Positions 11,211 through 24,579 are shown, counted from the whole stretch's first letter. The stretch: 60,115 bases of DNA, filler included, from Nemertoderma westbladi (GCA_032718475.1; 3 parts of 3 records of this genome joined end to end with filler, not necessarily neighbours in it); one strand, 5' to 3'. Made by a program: numbers and translations. The notes: generated from the letters alone by a model not told the origin.

Positions 11211-12569
11211 GATTTTATAAATATAACTAGTTTTTTCGCAAGCTGCATTTTGTTATCATAGCTTTTTTCTTGTGTTTTGGAATATATTTGTTTTTCTTAT
11301 TCATTTCTTATTATTTTTAATAATAATAAGTGAATTGTTGTGGGGTGAGTAACGCGGTGTATTAAATATACAATGTAAATAAGACAATATGATAATGCTC
11401 TCCATAGCGAAAAATATCAATCCTTGGTCGGTCCCAAGTCATAACACCTTAACCTTAGGCTTCAAATTGACATTTTATAAATTTTATCATCTGTTTAGCC
11501 TGGTTGCCAAGTTAACTGGATTTTCTATTTAACCTCATTCGGCTCTGATATGGCCCTTATGCTTAGGTTGAGAAACCCCCAAGTTTATATCAACTACAAT
11601 TTTCCTACAAATAGAGTTAAAAATATTGACTTGAAATACATAGACTTTTTATGAAGTCCATTGCCATGGAAACCAGATTTTTCCCAGACATGTGACCTAT
11701 CCCACACGATGCGCCTTGGTGAGTAGTATATACATGCAAAATTTCGGGTTACTTTTTCAAGGCTAGTTTTTGCTGGACTTAAAAAGGACCATATCTGCCT
11801 CAAATCAGGAAAAGGGCCCACTATGTATACACCATCTCAGCTAAGGAAAATCTTTCTTAGCGAAAGTAGTTGATTTTCCTTAGCTTCGTGGATAAAAAAT
11901 ATATATATATTAGTGGTGCGGGTTTTTTTAAATTGATTTGTATTCATAACTATTAATTGCAATAAATTATCACGGTCGCTAGTTATCATTATGATACTGT
12001 ATGTAGTGTTTTTTCATTAGCTAATTTAAAAAATAAAAAATACACCTCCCACCAAGTATTTTATATAAAGCAGCTAATTTTTTTTATCATAGCTAGTGAT
12101 TTATTACTTTTGTATAGAAAGGGCTACCCATGGTGTACGCGGGGCATATTCATTCCTATACCTGTTATAGGGCGGATGCAGATGAACCATATACACTACA
12201 TGTATAAATACTATTATTATATAAAGTATTATTTTGTTGATATATATAGACCTACACAACTTAGTTAACAATAATATTAAATTAGGGCCTACTGTTATTA
12301 TTATATATCTCGTTACGTAAATGCTAACAACACCGTACATAACAATTTTAATGTGTGAAACATTTTTTTACCTACCACAATGAATTAATAATTATCTAGT
12401 TGCTAAGATAACGCCAGTAATAATAATAACAGTAGACCTAGGCCTAGTAAAATACAATAGAAAGCAGAATTATTATCGGCAGGTCTGGTTTGTATTTGAG
12501 AAATCCAAATACATATAATCAACCCGATGAAATGAAGATTTTATTTCGCATATTTCTAAAATGTTTTAA

Positions 12570-12900
12570 TTTCTGGCCACTAGCGGCAGACTGGATAACT
12601 TCTGATAGATTACTGCCGAAACAAAGACGCAGCCTGTTGGTTGACTACGGTCTGCCTAGTTTAAGCTAAAACTGATAACAAATAACGAAATGAGAGAAGG
12701 TTTTCACTTTCAGATATTTCGCTCTCTAGCGGCAGACTGGAGAACTACTGACCGATCACCTTCACCAATACACAACATGTGGTATAGTACATACATATAT
12801 GCCAAGATTCAGCTTAAACAAATTAAAATCAAGTTGAATTAGAGTTAATCATCTGGTACAAATCTGCCAAGTTTCAGTTTGAACGGATTATAAGCATAGA
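12570..12900 (-). mobile_element. Diverged fragment of the Helentron-like repeat family seen at 43284 and 53955
   Basis: Two subunits containing ctagcggcagactgga and gccaag.ttcag motifs, as in 43380-43480. Confidence 0.55.
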
Positions 12901-13074
12901 AATGAGAATCAACCTCCACCCCCACTATATCAAGTATAAGGAAAAATATGCAATATGTTTCAGTTTCTAGATGCCATGGCAACATTGTTAACAAAGTGTT
13001 TTCAATATCACTTAGCTGTTTTGACAACATAAAGGAGCGCATTTTGAAAGATGTGTGAGGTTTACGTGTTACGT

Positions 13075-13906
13075 ATATTTACAACAAAATTCAGAAGTGC
13101 CGAAATGACCTTCATAAGGCGCAGAAAGAGTCCCGCCTCAAACAGACTACAGCGGCCAAGAATGCAGTTACGGCTGCATCTAGGTCCCTGAACAGGCAGT
13201 ACTCTGTTAATCTACAGGAGCTAATAAACCAACAGGTTGATGCCATCAATGATGCTGACGACAGCAGGCAATCATCCCAGGCATGGAAATCGATCAATCT
13301 GCTTACTGGGCGGAAAAGCCAACCAACCACCAAGGTTAAGGCTGAATCACCAGCCGATCGCCTCAATGGTTGGAAAGCCCACTTTGAAAAGCTCCTCAAT
13401 AATGACAGGGTATTGCCTGATAACTTTATAGAAGTAAAAGTGTCTGAGTCTGTACTCCCAGATATTCCCATTGGCGATATCTCCTTTGCAGAAGAGAGGG
13501 CTGCTGCAAAGAGCATTAAGACCAATCGTGCCAGTGGAGTAGATGGTGTTCCCCTGAGGTCTTTAAAACACCTGAGTGTTTAAAGCTCATCTATCCCATC
13601 ATAGTAGACATGTACCGAACAACAAGAGCCCCACAGGAAATGAAAACAAATAAGTTGGTGCCAGTTCCCAAGAAGGGCAACCTAGCACTCTATGGTTCTT
13701 TTCGGGGAATCTCATTGATCTCGATTGCTGCAAAGCTATACAATATAATTATATTAAATCGCATCAGGGATCCCATTGAGAGACTGCTCCGTGGAAATCA
13801 GAATGGGTTCCGTAAAGGTCGTGGGACCATGGAGCCCATTTTGGCACTTAGAATGATAATTGAAGAGTTATCAAAAAAGAAAGACAGGCATCTGGCTGTA
13901 TCTTTG
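13075..13906 (+). mobile_element. RTE-clade LINE ORF fragment (pre-RT and RT N-terminus), frameshifted, runs into the gap
   Basis: AWKSINLLTGRK, W..HF..LLN, RASGVDGVP, then a frameshift near 13555, then LVPVPKKGNL...FRGISLISIAAKLYN...NQNGFRKGRGT. Confidence 0.85.
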
Positions 13907-14006
13907 NNNNNNNNNNNNNNNNNNNNNNNNNNNNNNNNNNNNNNNNNNNNTTAATTAATTAANNNNNNNNNNNNNNNNNNNNNNNNNNNNNNNNNNNNNN
14001 NNNNNN
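13907..14006. other. Artificial contig linker / assembly gap
   Basis: N44-TTAATTAATTAA-N44; the 12-mer places stop codons in all six frames. Confidence 0.95.
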
Positions 14007-14870
14007 GACCTCCAATGTTATATAGTGTCTGGTTGGAGATATGTGCATTGTACTTGACACAGTGAACCCGGCGTAGCATTCTTGTGAATGTGCCATCCAG
14101 AGATTTGGTGTCCTCAGCAGTTAGAGCCCGGCATGACTCCCATAGAAGAGTACTGGAATTACTGCTGCTATAAATAATCGGACCTTAAGTTTCCGATTAA
14201 TTATGTGGGACTTCCTAATCCTAGAAAGCCTATTCATATTCAAGGCTGCCCAATGGGCAGCCTTGAATATGAATATAAATATAGTTGTAATCAAATTAGG
14301 GGACTTGGTTTTCACTCAGGAAGAACTCCAAACCACAGTAAATCGATTTCAACTATAGAGACTACGAAGTAGGTTTGCTGTATTTTAAGGGTGAAATTTG
14401 GCAAATTTTGCAAAATTTTAAAGGCCATGAGGCTGGGGTAGATTTATATGAAAATCACAATTTCACATTTTGTGTTTGTTTCCAACCTATTTGACATTAA
14501 ATATTTGCATCTTCCTTAACTTTTATCAAAAATACAAAATATCTGGGATTTTCAAAACTGGCATTGCGTTCTCAAAAATTTGAAATTTTCAAGTGCCGTG
14601 AGGCCCGCTTAGAATTTTTCGAAATCAAAAATTTTTTTTTGCAAAGTCAGTTTAGACCGATTTGGCATCAGAAAAATAGTGCTTCCCTTAAAAATAAAGA
14701 AAAAATTTTTTTTCACTCCACCCTACTGCCCATGCCTTTCCCTTACGTATTTGTAGGCCCTCACCTGACTTCACGATCCATGATCTCATACACCAGAAGT
14801 TGTTGCATACCATCCTTTGAGCTTATGCTCATACGATCACACATTTCATGATGACTTTCAAAGTTAATAC
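14007..14870 (-). mobile_element. RTE LINE fragment (same family as 29988-30981), interrupted at ~14253-14725
   Basis: 14007-14252 and 14726-14870 are reverse complements of consecutive parts of ~30275-30662. Confidence 0.85.
14276..14725. mobile_element. One-ended DNA transposon remnant (hAT-like end CCACCCTA) inserted in the RTE
   Basis: Right end ...ctccacCCTA (TAGGG-type terminus) is followed by CTGCCCA, which also occurs at the left junction. The left end is replaced by a palindrome. Confidence 0.5.
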
Positions 14871-15849
14871 TACTAGTAAAGTTACTACTACGTAGTATTA
14901 ATTAAGTAGTATTATTTTTAGGAAATGATGTACAAGACGATAGGGTACCATTCCACAACCCAACTAGACTGATGATAAAATTACCGTTCCCTTATGGTAA
15001 AAGTACTTAGTAGTATTTCTATGAGTTATAGTAATTCATTTCACCCCCATAAAGCATAGGCTCTTTCGAGATTCCAGTTGAAGTGGCCTGAATATTATTA
15101 TTAGAAGATATTATTAACATATAATATTTGTACCGCAACATCCACATCCATTTACTAGTCAATATCTAATTTAGCAGGTATTATTCCTTAAAAAATTACA
15201 TACTTTCAATTTAAAGCCAAATATTTCCGTAAATTTACAATTCAATATCTAATTTAGCAGGTATTATTCCTTAAAAATTGCATCCATTCAATTTGTCAGC
15301 TGTTTAAATAAACATGAGTGATGTTTACTCAATATCCAATTATCATTTGAGGCAATTACTCCACCTCATTGTTTGCCAACCTTTGAGTATCAACCTAACA
15401 GAGTTTTATGTAATTATTTCATTTTATTTAGTATTTAAGCGACCTGTTTTTTAGGTCTCAGATTTTATCATCCACTGCTATTTTACGGATCGCTCTTTGA
15501 AACTGGCTTTATAAAATGTTTATAAATTAATATTGAAGCAAAAATAGTGAATATTCTACAGAATCCAAGTGGATTTAACTGTAAATTACAGTAGAAATAC
15601 CGAAAGTATCGACATTTTAGACTAATATTCAACTGTATAGAATCCTCGGTATTTCCACTTACCTTTTTATAACAAAATCATTCTCTCGCATACATTCAAT
15701 ATTCTATTTGTAAGTGAAGATTTCCCAACCTGAACCAACATGATTTTTATGTACAATACTTATTAGTAAAACGTACCTTTTATCGATAAGAAAGAAGTTT
15801 CAGAAATAACTTTTTGTCACATATTTCAGTTGGCCGATTGAGACGCACT

Positions 15850-16100
15850 GCTCTTATGTTCTAAGTGTCACCAACTGCAATATACACAAATTGTGTCGAA
15901 CCATCATATAGTTCAATAATTTCTTCAGGAATCCCATATGCTGAAATATACTGAACATAGGTGATTGAAACACTGAATCCAATAGCTTAAATAAAGCAAC
16001 AAAGACAACAACCAAATGTCTGTGTTTCTCTGTAGACAACTCTAGAATTATACTTCTAAGGGCCAGAATAACTTGCTCAATGGCCTCATTACAATTATGT
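15850..16100 (-). mobile_element. Highly degenerate RTE RT fragment
   Basis: EQVILALRSIILELSTEKHRHLVVVFV..FK.LDSV parallels EPILALRMIIEELSKKKDRHLAV at 13830-13906. Confidence 0.7.
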
Positions 16101-16919
16101 AACAATTCCAATTCCCATGTAAATAACTGTCTCTTTACAGGATCGTGGTTATATTATTATTATATTATTATATTGATTCTGGTGCCCCAGAACAAAAAGT
16201 ACAAGTTAGCAAAATTTCAAACTGTTAAATTTTGCCTTTGGTTTGGTAATTCTGAAGATTTACTGGTTGTCAAGGTCGCTGATCATGATACGATTCATTA
16301 GGGATCATTTGTGGTAACGATAGTAACGTAACTCTCATTTTTGGTGCTGATGGGACGAAAAATACAAGTAACGAAAATTTCAAACGTCAAAATTCGAATT
16401 TCGTTTTATAATACGATATTTTTGAGTGTCATATCCGTGATCAGCAACCCAGAAAACCATTAATGTAATAAAATCAAGTTGATTTGGTAATCACTATTGA
16501 TTATCAAATTTCTGCTACTTGTATTATTGACACGTATCCAAAAATACCGTAATCAACAAGGAGTGATATTTTTCAGTGTTATATTCGCGATCAGCATCCC
16601 TTGTGGTCATAAAATTCAATCCAAAAGGTAATAAAATCAATTTGATTTTGTGGTGACTTTCACTATCATAATATGTCCACTACTTGTTCTTTCGCCCCCC
16701 CCCCCCCCCCCCCCCCCACCCACCCCACGGGCAACATTCAAAATGAACAACAATTTTCTCGAAAGTTTTATTTGAGTTCTATAATCTCGATCAGCATTCA
16801 CAAAACCGCCATATACTGCAAATGAATTAAATTTTGTGTACTATAAAAAATTTTGACATTTTAGAACTATAGATATCACAAATAGCAATATATCGAGTTT
16901 ATAAGGGCACCCACCGTAC

Positions 16920-17315
16920 AGTTCGTAGATGTACTCATTATAAAAAACACTGATATTAAATTCACTAAGTCTGTTTACCGAAAACTAACCTTTACACACC
17001 ATTTTATAGCTTTATTCCAGATCATTCAAAATTACATTTCAAAACACATGTGTATCGAATTTTTATGATTTACTCTACCTGGTGCCAATTTCATAAGGAA
17101 ATTAATATTAGCCCATAACCTATGGACCCTCAATGGTTACCCTAAACACTTACTGTCAATGGCTACTAATAGGATAACAGTAAACTGTATGAGAGGTAAT
17201 AAACCGACTTTCCCTACTACTGCCACCAAAACTCCGGCATATATTGTACTACCTTTCATTGGTTCCTACTCGGTCCTACTTAAGAAACGACCACACATCA
17301 TCCCTATCTACTGTA
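16920..17315 (+). mobile_element. Penelope-like element remnant (RT C-terminus and linker)
   Basis: FVDVLIIKNTDIKFTKSVYRKLTFT, QFHKEIN, LNGYPKH and YIVLPFIGSYSVLLKKR follow the PLE pattern FLDV..TSVYRKPT..NGYP..LPYxG, with frameshifts. Confidence 0.7.
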
Positions 17316-18407
17316 TGTCATGTAAGCAGATAGGGTTCAGTTTCATCTAAGCAGTTAGGGTTCAGTATCATGTAAGCAGTTAGGGTTCAGTTTCATGTAA
17401 GCAGTTAGGGTTCAGTATCATGTAAGCAGTTGGGGTTCAGTATCATGTAAGCAGTTAGGGTTCAGTATCATGTAAGCAGTTGGGGTTCAGTATCATGTAA
17501 GCAGTTGGGGTTCAGTATCATGTAAGCAGTTAGGGTTCAGTAACATGTAAGCAGTTGGGGTTAAGTATCATGTAAGCGGTTAGGGTTCAGTATCATGTAA
17601 GCAGTTGGGGTTCAGTATCATGTAAGCAGTTGGGGTTCAGTATCATGTAAGCAGTTAGGGTTCAGTATCATGTAAGCAGTTAGGGTTCAGTATCATGTAT
17701 GCAGTTAGGGTTCAGTTTCATGTAAGCTGTTAGGGTTCAGTATCATGTAAGCAGTTAGGGTTCAGTATCATGTAAACAGTTAGAGTTCAGTATCATGTAA
17801 GCAGTTAGGGTTCAGTATCATGTAAGCAGTTGGGGTTCAGTATCATGTAAGCAGTTGGGGTTCAGTATCATGTAAGCAGTTAGGGTTCAGTATCATGTAA
17901 GCAGTTAGGGTTCAGTATCATGTATGCAGTTAGGGTTCAGTTTCATGTAAGCTGTTAGGGTTCAGTATCATGTAAGCAGTTAGGGTTCAGTATCATGTAT
18001 GCAGTTAGGGTTCAGTTTCATGTAAGCTGTTAGGGTTCAGTATCATGTATGCAGTTAGGGTTCAGTTTCATGTAAGCTGTTAGGGTTCAGTTTCATGTAA
18101 GCTGTTAGGGTTCAGTATCATGTAAGCTGTTAGGGTTCAGTATCATGTAAGCAGTTAGGGTTCAGTTTCATGTAAGCAGTTAGGGTTCAGTATCATGTAT
18201 GCAGTTAGGGTTCAGTTTCATGTATGCAGTTAGGGTTCAGTATCATGTAAGCAGTTAGGGTTCAGTATCATGTAAGCGTTAGGGTTCAGTTTCATGTAAG
18301 CAGTTAGGGTTCAGTATCATGTAAACAGTTAGGGTTCAGTATCATGTAAACAGTTAGGGTTCAGTATCATGTATGCAGTTAGGGTTCAGTATCATGTAAA
18401 CAGTTAG
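17316..18407. repeat. 25-bp tandem array (TATCATGTAAGCAGTTAGGGTTCAG), ~44 copies
   Basis: Direct reading of the period; variants ttaggg/ttgggg and tatca/tttca. Confidence 0.95.
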
Positions 18408-18534
18408 CCTCTTATTATGTATTTCGCCAATGATGATTTATAGTATTAAATCGAAACGTTCCGCTTAATATAGATAGAATTATTTAAACATTATGTTAAA
18501 ACAATAACAAATACACCAAACAATGTACCGGTAT

Positions 18535-20303
18535 AAAGGTATTGTCCAACATAACATATAGGATTACCCCTAAAGCTTTGCAGCTTAATTCCAAGGGGGT
18601 CCTTTATATTACTTGGTTACAAATACAATATTACACTACGCTAACCTAAAACCAATATATAACGTAATTACACTATGTACATGTACAACTTTACCGAGAG
18701 CGTGACAATATCCGACTCAACGATAAAGATGTAATGTACAGAACAATTTATTATAAAACGTAATTACAGTATAAATAGTAAATAATTAATAAACTAATAA
18801 CTTACTGTAGGACTATTGTACCTATTTTTACATTGCACACGGAGATGAGATTTAACTGCAGATTTAAAAGAATTTTGATTATTTAGGTTTTTAATTTCAT
18901 TAGGCAGAGCGTTCCAATTTTTAATACCGTTAAAAAAGAAAGTATCAGATTCGAAGGATTTACAATTCGGGGGGTAAAAGTTTGAAGCACTAGCTCTGGT
19001 ACTGTAAGAGTGTGTATCGCGTACTCTGTTGAATTTTTGTTTTAGGTAATTGGGACATTTACCATTATACACTTTATGCACATGGTTAAGGCGTAGCTGC
19101 TTAACTCTACTATCTAAGTTAAGTAGTCCAGATTCAGAAAAGTCATCTGGAGTTAGGTGGTGCCTAGGTTTGTAGTCTTTAATAAATCGTACTACTTTAT
19201 TCTGAGCTACTTGTAATTTACATTTAAGCTGTTTGGTTAAGCCTTCATACCAAGAAGTGCATGCATAGTCCATGTGGCACTGAATTAAAGAAGAGCAAAG
19301 TAACTTGCGGGAGTCGGTGTTTAAACTATTTTTATTTCTGTATAGAAACCTAAGCCTACTGTTTACTTTCGAGAAAATATTTTTCACTGTACTTTCTCCT
19401 GATAAGCAGTTATCCAATGTGGCGCCTAAATATTTAACTTCATTTTTATTTTCAATCTTATGTCCATTACTAGTGACTTCAAACTTAGTTACCTTCTTTA
19501 ACTTTCTTTTGGAACCAAACAAAATACTTTCAGTCTTACCGTAGTGAATGGATAGCTTATTTTCAACCAACCACCCATTACAGGATTCTAGAACTGCACT
19601 TAACTTTTGGGAAATATGGATAGGATCTTTATGAGAGAAAATAAGAGCACTGTCGTCGGCATATAAAATGAGTTTAAAATCGGGATCTATACTACTTATC
19701 ATATCATTTACATAGCATACAAAAAGCAGAGGACCTAATATACTACCTTGCGGTACACCACAGGTAATCTCTTGTACAGTAGACTGCGATTTGCTAATGA
19801 CTACAGTTTGACCTCTGTCTAGGACAGGTAGGACTTGAACCTGTCTATAGAACCTACACCCATTAGGCCTAACTTACCAAGCAGAATTTCGTGATCTACA
19901 GTATCGAAAGCCTTTTGTAGGTCCAACATTACCATACCAGTATATAAACCCTTTGCGTTATTACATTTAATTGTATCAGTTAAGTTAATAAGGCAGGTGT
20001 CTGTAGAATATGATTTACGAAAACCGGACTGAAGTTCATAGATCAGATTTAGCCTACTAAGATGTGCCTCCAGCTGTAGAAAAACAGAACGTTCTAGAAT
20101 TTTAGATACAATACTTAAGATACTAACAGGTCTGTAATTACAGGGTTCTACTTTACTATTCTTTTTATACAGAGGAACAACCTTAGCTAATTTCAGTTCG
20201 TCTGGTACTACATTATCTACGATAGAGTAATTAATAATAAAAGTAATAGGCACTTTAAGTCCTTCAGCACCATCCTTAAGAAAACGGGCAGGTATTAGGT
20301 ACA
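18535..20303 (-). mobile_element. 5'-truncated CR1/L2-group LINE (ORF2 RT plus 3' UTR), one frameshift
   Basis: AKVVPLYKK, NYRPVSILS, QSGFR, LDLQKAFDTVDH, GVPQGSILGPLLF, LYADD, KYLG, DYACTSWY, WNALP. Frameshift near 19819; stop at 18794. Confidence 0.9.
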
Positions 20304-21444
20304 TAATAGAACTACATTGAACTACATTGAGGTACATAATTGAACTATGGTATTTTATTCATTGGCGTAGTAACCAGTACAGTATGTTTTACAAAGTTAC
20401 AAGGCAATATTACACCCAGCCAGTTATAATGACCTTGTTGAGAGACCTAGATACAACCTTAACGGCATCCATTGCCACTTGATTATCATTCTATTTAAAT
20501 GAACTAGCCAGGCACAACTCTGCCTTTAATCCTTATGGTCAAATCATCCAAACCGACTTTATTTTAGATTTTTAGGCTTTAATTTTTAAGGATTTAACTT
20601 TTATTGCATTTTATTTTATAGTTTAGTGAAAAATATAATATATTCTCTTTAAATTCAATTTGCTGGTTAAACTATGGCTGAAAATCCAACTAATTCGAAG
20701 TCGATGCCTCATCCTTCTCGATGGTGGTTGACAATCGCATGTATAGCTATTACACTCTCAACAGGTATTTATACAGCAACTCGCAATAATATTTAATCAC
20801 AAATAATATATAATTTTACACTGATTAACAACGACTAGAAGTATATTGACTCAGTGGATTTTATTTATGCAGAGCAGATGTCAGATGTTGGTGAAAAAAA
20901 TCTACAAATCTTAATGAGATTGCATGAAATTTGGAACAGAGATACATTAATCTCCCTCATTCAATTCAACTCAACTCAATCTCATTAATCTTTTGAGTTA
21001 CACAGGTTTTTTGGTGTTTGGAATTAGATAGAATATATATAAAATAAGCTAGAAATTGCAAACTTGTTTTTTTCGGCAGGTGCCACATTTTAGTGCTAGC
21101 ACCAAATTTTAAAAGTGAATTGTAAATTGATTGTTTGAACCTGATTTTTGAGTAATAAGGGTTTTTTGTGGTTATATTTTCGATGGAATGTATTCGAGTT
21201 GCACCAGGCACATCAAACTTTTATTTTTTGGTGTCGTGCGCAAAATTTGGTTCCAGCACGAAATTTGGAAAATTCAGTCAATAGTTCAATTGCTTGTGAC
21301 AAATGTTTCTCACATTTTACAGGTTTATGGGGGTTCTGAATTAAATTAAATAAATAATTATCTATCCACACTTCTCAAAGATATATTTTTGGGTGGGTGC
21401 AAAATTTTTGGTGTTTGCACTTTTAACCGGGTAGTGTACAAAGT

Positions 21445-21580
21445 TAAATAAGTACCAGTTAAATAACTGGGAGCAAATCATGGGATAGGAGTAGCGCCCA
21501 CCCCTACCCTCAGGTAGCAGCTATCGAAAGAGGAGCCTTCGGGTCGCCTCCGGCTTCGGCCGACTGTTTGCTTTTTTTTG
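21445..21580 (+). mobile_element. Probable SINE 3' half with structured tail
   Basis: aaataagtaccagt core-like motif, then a GC-rich island with two C(TTCG)G hairpins and a (TTTGC)/T-rich tail. Confidence 0.4.
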
Positions 21581-22850
21581 CTTTGTACAAAGTTAGGAAT
21601 CGCGTAATTTTTATGGAAATTAATATCTCATATCTCTCCAAACCACGCACGCGTGTCGACCTTACTGGGTCTCTTCAGCGTTGTGTCGGATTCGAACCTG
21701 GGACATCGAGGTGGAAGCCGAGACAACAAGAACTAGGCCGCAGGTTCATGAGATGTGGAGTATTAATTTCAAAGAAAGCTGCCATTTTATTAGCCCCTGA
21801 TTTTTATTATTGATAGTAACAATGTGATTGGCACGTTATGTTTTTCAAGGTGTTAGTTATTATACATTTATAGGTACAATTATTTACTACAACTGCGCCA
21901 ATAAAAGTTATTTTTGGTAAAATAAACTTATCATTCGAGGTTAAGACCCCTAGATCACTTCCTATAAATATCTTGATACTTGCGTTATATAGGTTTATGT
22001 GGATTCTGAATATAATTGAATAACTAATTATCTAACTAGACTTCTCAAAGTTATTTTTGGTAGGTGCAAAATTTGGTGTTTGCACAAAATTTTGAAATCC
22101 ATCAAATATATAAATCAAATATACAAATATAAAATTACTCGCGTTATATGGGCTTATGAGGGTACTGAATCCAATGGAATAACTAATACCAGCACTGCAC
22201 AAGTTTTTAGTGATGCACGAAATGTGGTGCTAGCACCAAAATTAGCCATATTACGCAAATAAATACGGGTAGCAATGATCTGGAGATTTATAAATGTATT
22301 TCATTAGAATCAGAATCAGCGTCCCAAAAAACTAAAAAAATGAATATTATATACTGTAGCTTAGTATAAATCAATTAAAATTTGTGTATTCAAACTAAAA
22401 GGTTCTGGTTATTTGTTTTTTCATTTTTTGGCTAAGTAGAGGACTAAAACTGCCATTTAGAGTAAACATATGATTTTTAAACATCTTCCAATAGATTCAG
22501 CGCCCCATAAAACCTATATTGAAAAAGATACTGTAACATGCAAATTGAGACTTTTATAATTTTTGAAATTTTTTCACTACTCTAAATTTTGGTGCTGCAA
22601 AAACCACCCCAGTAAATGTTTTCGAATAGTTTTTTTTTCGAATAGTCAGACTAGTGAAATCTACAGACAAACAAAAAGTCAGAAGTTGTTGCCGTGAAAT
22701 TTTGTAGATTTGAGAGGGGTGGGGGTCAATATGACCACCTCCCAGTATTTGGGCATCATTTTATAGCTAATAGGTAAAAATCAATGGCAGTCAATAAAAC
22801 AACTGTGTGTTTACGAGGAGATTACATATTAGTTATTACTAGAGAGACAT

Positions 22851-23626
22851 CAAGCTGGCTATACGAAAACCCTCAGCCCCTAAGAAGGACAGTTTGACTG
22901 AGTTATAGCGGCACATATAAGAAGACACTCAGCCCCTAAGAAGGACAGTTTGACTGAGTTATAGCGGCACATATACTTGTCCTCCCAACCAGTAAGCTGG
23001 CTATAAGAAGACCCTCAGCCCCTAAGAAGGACAGTTTGACTGAGTTATAGCGGCACATATACTTGACCTCTCAACCAGTAAGCTGGCTATAAGAAGACCC
23101 TCAGCCCCTAAGAAGGACAGTTTGACTGAGTTATAGCGGCACATATACTTGTCCTCCCAACCAGTAAGCTGGCTATAAGAAGACCCTCAGCCCCTAAGAA
23201 GGACAGTTTGACTGAGTTATAGCGGCACATATACTTGACCTCTCAACCAGTAAGCTGGCTATAAGAAGACCCTCAGCCCCTAAGAAGGACAGTTTGACTG
23301 AGTTATAGCGCCACATATACTTGACCTCTCAACCAGTAAGCTGGCTATAAGAAGACCCTCAGCCCCTAAGAAGGACTGTTTGACTGAGTTATAGCGGCAC
23401 ATATACTTGTCCTCCCAACCAGTAAGCTGGCTATACGAAGACCCTCAGCCCCTAAGAAGGACAGTTTGACTGAGTTATAGCGGCACATATACTTGACCTC
23501 TCAACCAGTAAGCTGGCTATAAGAAGACCCTCAGCCCCTAAGAAGGACAGTTTGACTGAGTTATAGCGCCACATATACTTGACCTTTCAACCAGTAAGCT
23601 GGCTATAATAAGACCGTCAGCCCCTG
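22851..23626. repeat. 86-bp tandem array, ~9 copies
   Basis: agtaagctggctataagaagaccctcagcccctaagaagg... recurs at 22991, 23077, 23163 and onward. Confidence 0.95.
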
Positions 23627-24123
23627 AGGTCTTCTAATAAGACCTATCGGTGTTCTAATAAGCCATAACGGTCTTCTAATAAACTATAAATGTCTTCTAA
23701 TAAGCCCTAACGGTCTTCTAATAATATTATTCTTATTTGACATGCATCCTCTAAAAATACGTTTTATCTGTGAGGAGATCCCAGACAGACACAGCTGTTA
23801 ATTGGTGGTGAATGAGTTTCAACGACCTCATTATGCTAGGGGGGGGGGGGGGGGGGGGGTGGGATGGGCTAGCAGAGCTACGGTATTTGCATAAGGTTCC
23901 CATGTGTTGTGGTATCTCTTTCAAAAAATATGTTAGGCCTAAATTAGTAGTTAGAGTGCATATACACTACGCTTTCATTGTATCGAGTGGTTAAAGACGG
24001 CCAAGTACGGTAGGGTAGAGCACAGTGGCATCAGATGATGGTATTGACAGATGGGAGGCCATGAGGACGTAAATTGCGGACATACAAGGTATCAGATAGT
24101 ATTTCCAGGACTATCTTTTACCT

Positions 24124-24295
24124 GAGCTGCTAGCTGAATGGTTAGAGCGACAGACTTCCAACCCGTAGGTCACCAGTTCGATCCCATCTGGACGTCATTG
24201 CGGACTTTCAAAGCTGTGCCGAACAAAAGTTGAAGTGAATTGGTTATCAAGCTTTATAGTTGATTCCACAAAGAAATGCCCTAGAAACGGCTTTT
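24124..24295 (+). mobile_element. tRNA-derived SINE (or tRNA pseudogene head)
   Basis: A-box TAGCTGAATGG (24131) and B-box-like AGTTCGATCCC (24175) at tRNA spacing; stems are not intact. Confidence 0.5.
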
Positions 24296-24369
24296 GGGTA
24301 TTTTCTTGTTATTAATGTATGCTCACTGTATTTTATCATTGTCATATCACACTGTATTTTTTAAATCAG

Positions 24370-24560
24370 CAGTCTCAGCTTGTCCAGAAGCTTCCCATAT
24401 CGCTCCAGCAGGAACTGTTGGCACGTTATCCTCACCTAACTACCCATCCAAGTATGGAAACAATGAACAATGTGTCTACCACATCCAAGGAGAAGTTCAT
24501 CCCTACATTCATTTAACATTCCAAGCGTTTAAATTAGAAAATGACTACGATTATCTAAAT
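24370..24560 (+). CDS. CUB domain protein, exon encoding the N-terminal half of a CUB domain
   Basis: CP...GTLSSPNYPSKYGNNEQCVYHI...IHLTFQAFKLENDYDYLN. Phase-1 acceptor candidates give starts at 24370, 24373 or 24379. Donor GTAAGT at 24561, phase 0. Confidence 0.85.
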
Positions 24561-24579
24561 GTAAGTCTAAGTGTAACAG

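Noticed and set aside
13951-13962. TTAATTAATTAA as a biological motif (PacI or piggyBac site)
   Set aside because: It is centred in N runs and repeated identically at 28921-28932, so it is an assembly linker.
17316-18407. True telomere or interstitial telomeric tract
   Set aside because: TTAGGG occurs at most once per 25-bp unit and never as (TTAGGG)n.
24124-24197. Functional tRNA gene
   Set aside because: A and B boxes are present, but acceptor, anticodon and T stems do not pair properly; a SINE head is more likely.
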